From positions 439,249 through 503,248 of the forward strand of contig JACKKY010000004.1 in assembly GCA_024236175.1 (NCBI GenBank): a stretch of DNA of 64,000 bases, written 5' to 3'. Below the pieces are notes generated by a model. It saw nothing but the letters and a program-made list of their open reading frames with translations. It made no database searches and was not told the DNA's origin. Source of the DNA: Novosphingobium sp. (GTDB lineage Bacteria; Pseudomonadota; Alphaproteobacteria; Sphingomonadales; Sphingomonadaceae). The position numbers and the translations under genes are program-made. Below are positions 63,037-64,000 of this stretch, one piece after another. Every line of letters begins with the position of its first letter. The first letter of the stretch is position 1.

Positions 63037-64000
63037 CTAGTGGCCCGACCCCGATATGTCGCGGCCCTCGATCACATCCAGGATTTTCGCCGGCGTGAAC
63101 GGCAGGTTGATCTCGATATCGCCGAAGGGCCGGAGCGCATCGACGATGGCATTGACCAGCGTCGGCGGTCCGATAATGGCGCCGCCCTCGCCCACCCCGC
63201 GCATGCCGCCGGTCGTCTTCGACGGCGTGTTGGCGTGGATGTACTCGAAGTCGGGGATGTCGCTGAATGTGGGCATCAGGTAGTCCTTGAAGGTCGCGGC
63301 GAGCGGATTGCCGCGCGCATCGTAGGGCATGTCCTCGAGCAGGACCTGGCCGATACCCTGAGCCAGACCCCCGGCGATCTGGCCCTCGACCACGCCGGGA
63401 TTGATCACCGTCCCGCAATCCTCGCTGGACAGCCAGCGCCGGATCTTCACGAAGCCGGTGTCCGGATCGATCTCGACGATGCAGGCATGCGCGGCGCTGG
63501 TGAAGGTGAACGGCGGCGGCTGGTAGCGGTACTGCGCCTCGAGCCCCGGACCGACCCCTTCGGGCAGGCGGGCGGGCTCACCATAGGCGACCTCCGCGAT
63601 TTCCCTCAGCGAGCGGGACATTTCCGGCGCGCCCTCGATATGCACCTTGCCGTCGGCGATCGTGATCGCGTCGGGATTGGCGTTGTAGAGATGCGCGGCA
63701 ATCTGCTTGACCTTGTCGGCGAGCATTTCCGATGCGGTCCACGAGGCGCCGCCGGCGATCACGGCCTGCCGGCTGCCCGCCGCGCCCGGGCCGAAACCGC
63801 CCAGCGCCGAATCCCCTTCGAAGACGGTGACGTCCTCGTAAGGCACCCCCAAACGCTCTGCGATCACCTGCGCCATGGTGGTGGCGGTCCCGTGGCCCTG
63901 CGAATGGGTACCGAGGGTCGCGGTGACCTTGCCGGTCGGTTCGATGCGGACCGTGGCGAGCTCCCCGGTCATCGGCGCCATCTGGCCGGCTGCCGCCGTC
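63037..64000 (-). CDS. Xanthine-dehydrogenase/CoxL-family molybdopterin-binding large subunit, C-terminal part (gene continues beyond the window)
   Basis: It has GTHSQGHGTATTMAQV, SEDCGTVINPGVVEGQIAGGLAQGIG and GMRGVGEGGAIIGP. The frame stays open to the window edge. Confidence 0.85.
   Translation of the reverse strand, partial: TAAAGQMAPMTGELATVRIEPTGKVTATLGTHSQGHGTATTMAQVIAERLGVPYEDVTVFEGDSALGGFGPGAAGSRQAVIAGGASWTASEMLADKVKQIAAHLYNANPDAITIADGKVHIEGAPEMSRSLREIAEVAYGEPARLPEGVGPGLEAQYRYQPPPFTFTSAAHACIVEIDPDTGFVKIRRWLSSEDCGTVINPGVVEGQIAGGLAQGIGQVLLEDMPYDARGNPLAATFKDYLMPTFSDIPDFEYIHANTPSKTTGGMRGVGEGGAIIGPPTLVNAIVDALRPFGDIEINLPFTPAKILDVIEGRDISGSGH

Overview
This window is GC-rich bacterial DNA with a strong third-codon-position GC bias. 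That bias produces many long spurious antisense and alternative-frame ORFs in the supplied track. The gene content (TonB-dependent receptors, PepSY membrane proteins, NasS/NasT, Rieske oxygenases, NTF2/SnoaL proteins, many amidohydrolases) looks alphaproteobacterial and sphingomonad-like; this is inference only. I call about 52 protein genes. I recognise no rRNA, tRNA, CRISPR array, transposase, integrase or canonical defence gene.

Modules in order:
1. 58-7543 (minus strand): nitrate-uptake unit nasT-nasS, a leader, then nrtA-nrtB, a fused two-domain ATPase and an AlgE-like porin. The leader contains a fully readable ANTAR antiterminator/terminator.
2. 7.9-18.3 kb: catabolic genes, namely an amidohydrolase_2, a second AlgE-like porin, a DUF4403-like lipoprotein, a Rieske oxygenase alpha subunit, two SnoaL-like proteins flanking a Tat-signal unknown, a VOC-like protein and an SDR.
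3. 18.4-22.8 kb: a PepSY membrane protein and a PAS-GGDEF-EAL protein.
4. 22.9-27.5 kb: a TfdA-like dioxygenase divergent from a PrpD-like / hydrolase / cupin / DUF2332 operon.
5. 27.5-35.6 kb: a MocR regulator divergent from paiB plus three secreted amidohydrolases. One of the three lacks the HxH metal motif and one is fused to a TolB-like propeller.
6. 35.7-36.6 kb: an HSL-type esterase.
7. 36.8-43.9 kb: two TonB-dependent receptors, DUF1971, and a PepSY gene preceded by two small membrane-protein genes, with a Fur-box-like site.
8. 44.0-45.2 kb: a P450.
9. 45.4-47.5 kb: modABC behind a Mo-box-type operator.
10. 47.6-57.4 kb: a nine-gene plus-strand catabolic operon (DUF35, Cys-less thiolase-like protein, two amidohydrolase_2, GMC oxidoreductase, hydrolase, KshA-like Rieske oxygenase, LLM oxidoreductase, degenerate SDR).
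11. 57.4-64.0 kb: a minus-strand operon (partial Mo-hydroxylase large subunit, leaderless binding-protein-like gene, MFS exporter, secreted paraoxonase-like propeller, acyl-CoA ligase).

The most unusual signal is a perfect 14-bp AT-only inverted repeat upstream of the second AlgE-like porin. It shares its core and spacing (TCTATAT-N8-ATATAGA) with the operator in front of modA, which suggests a molybdate-regulated outer-membrane channel.

All family assignments were made by eye from motifs. No database search, folding or statistics could be run.
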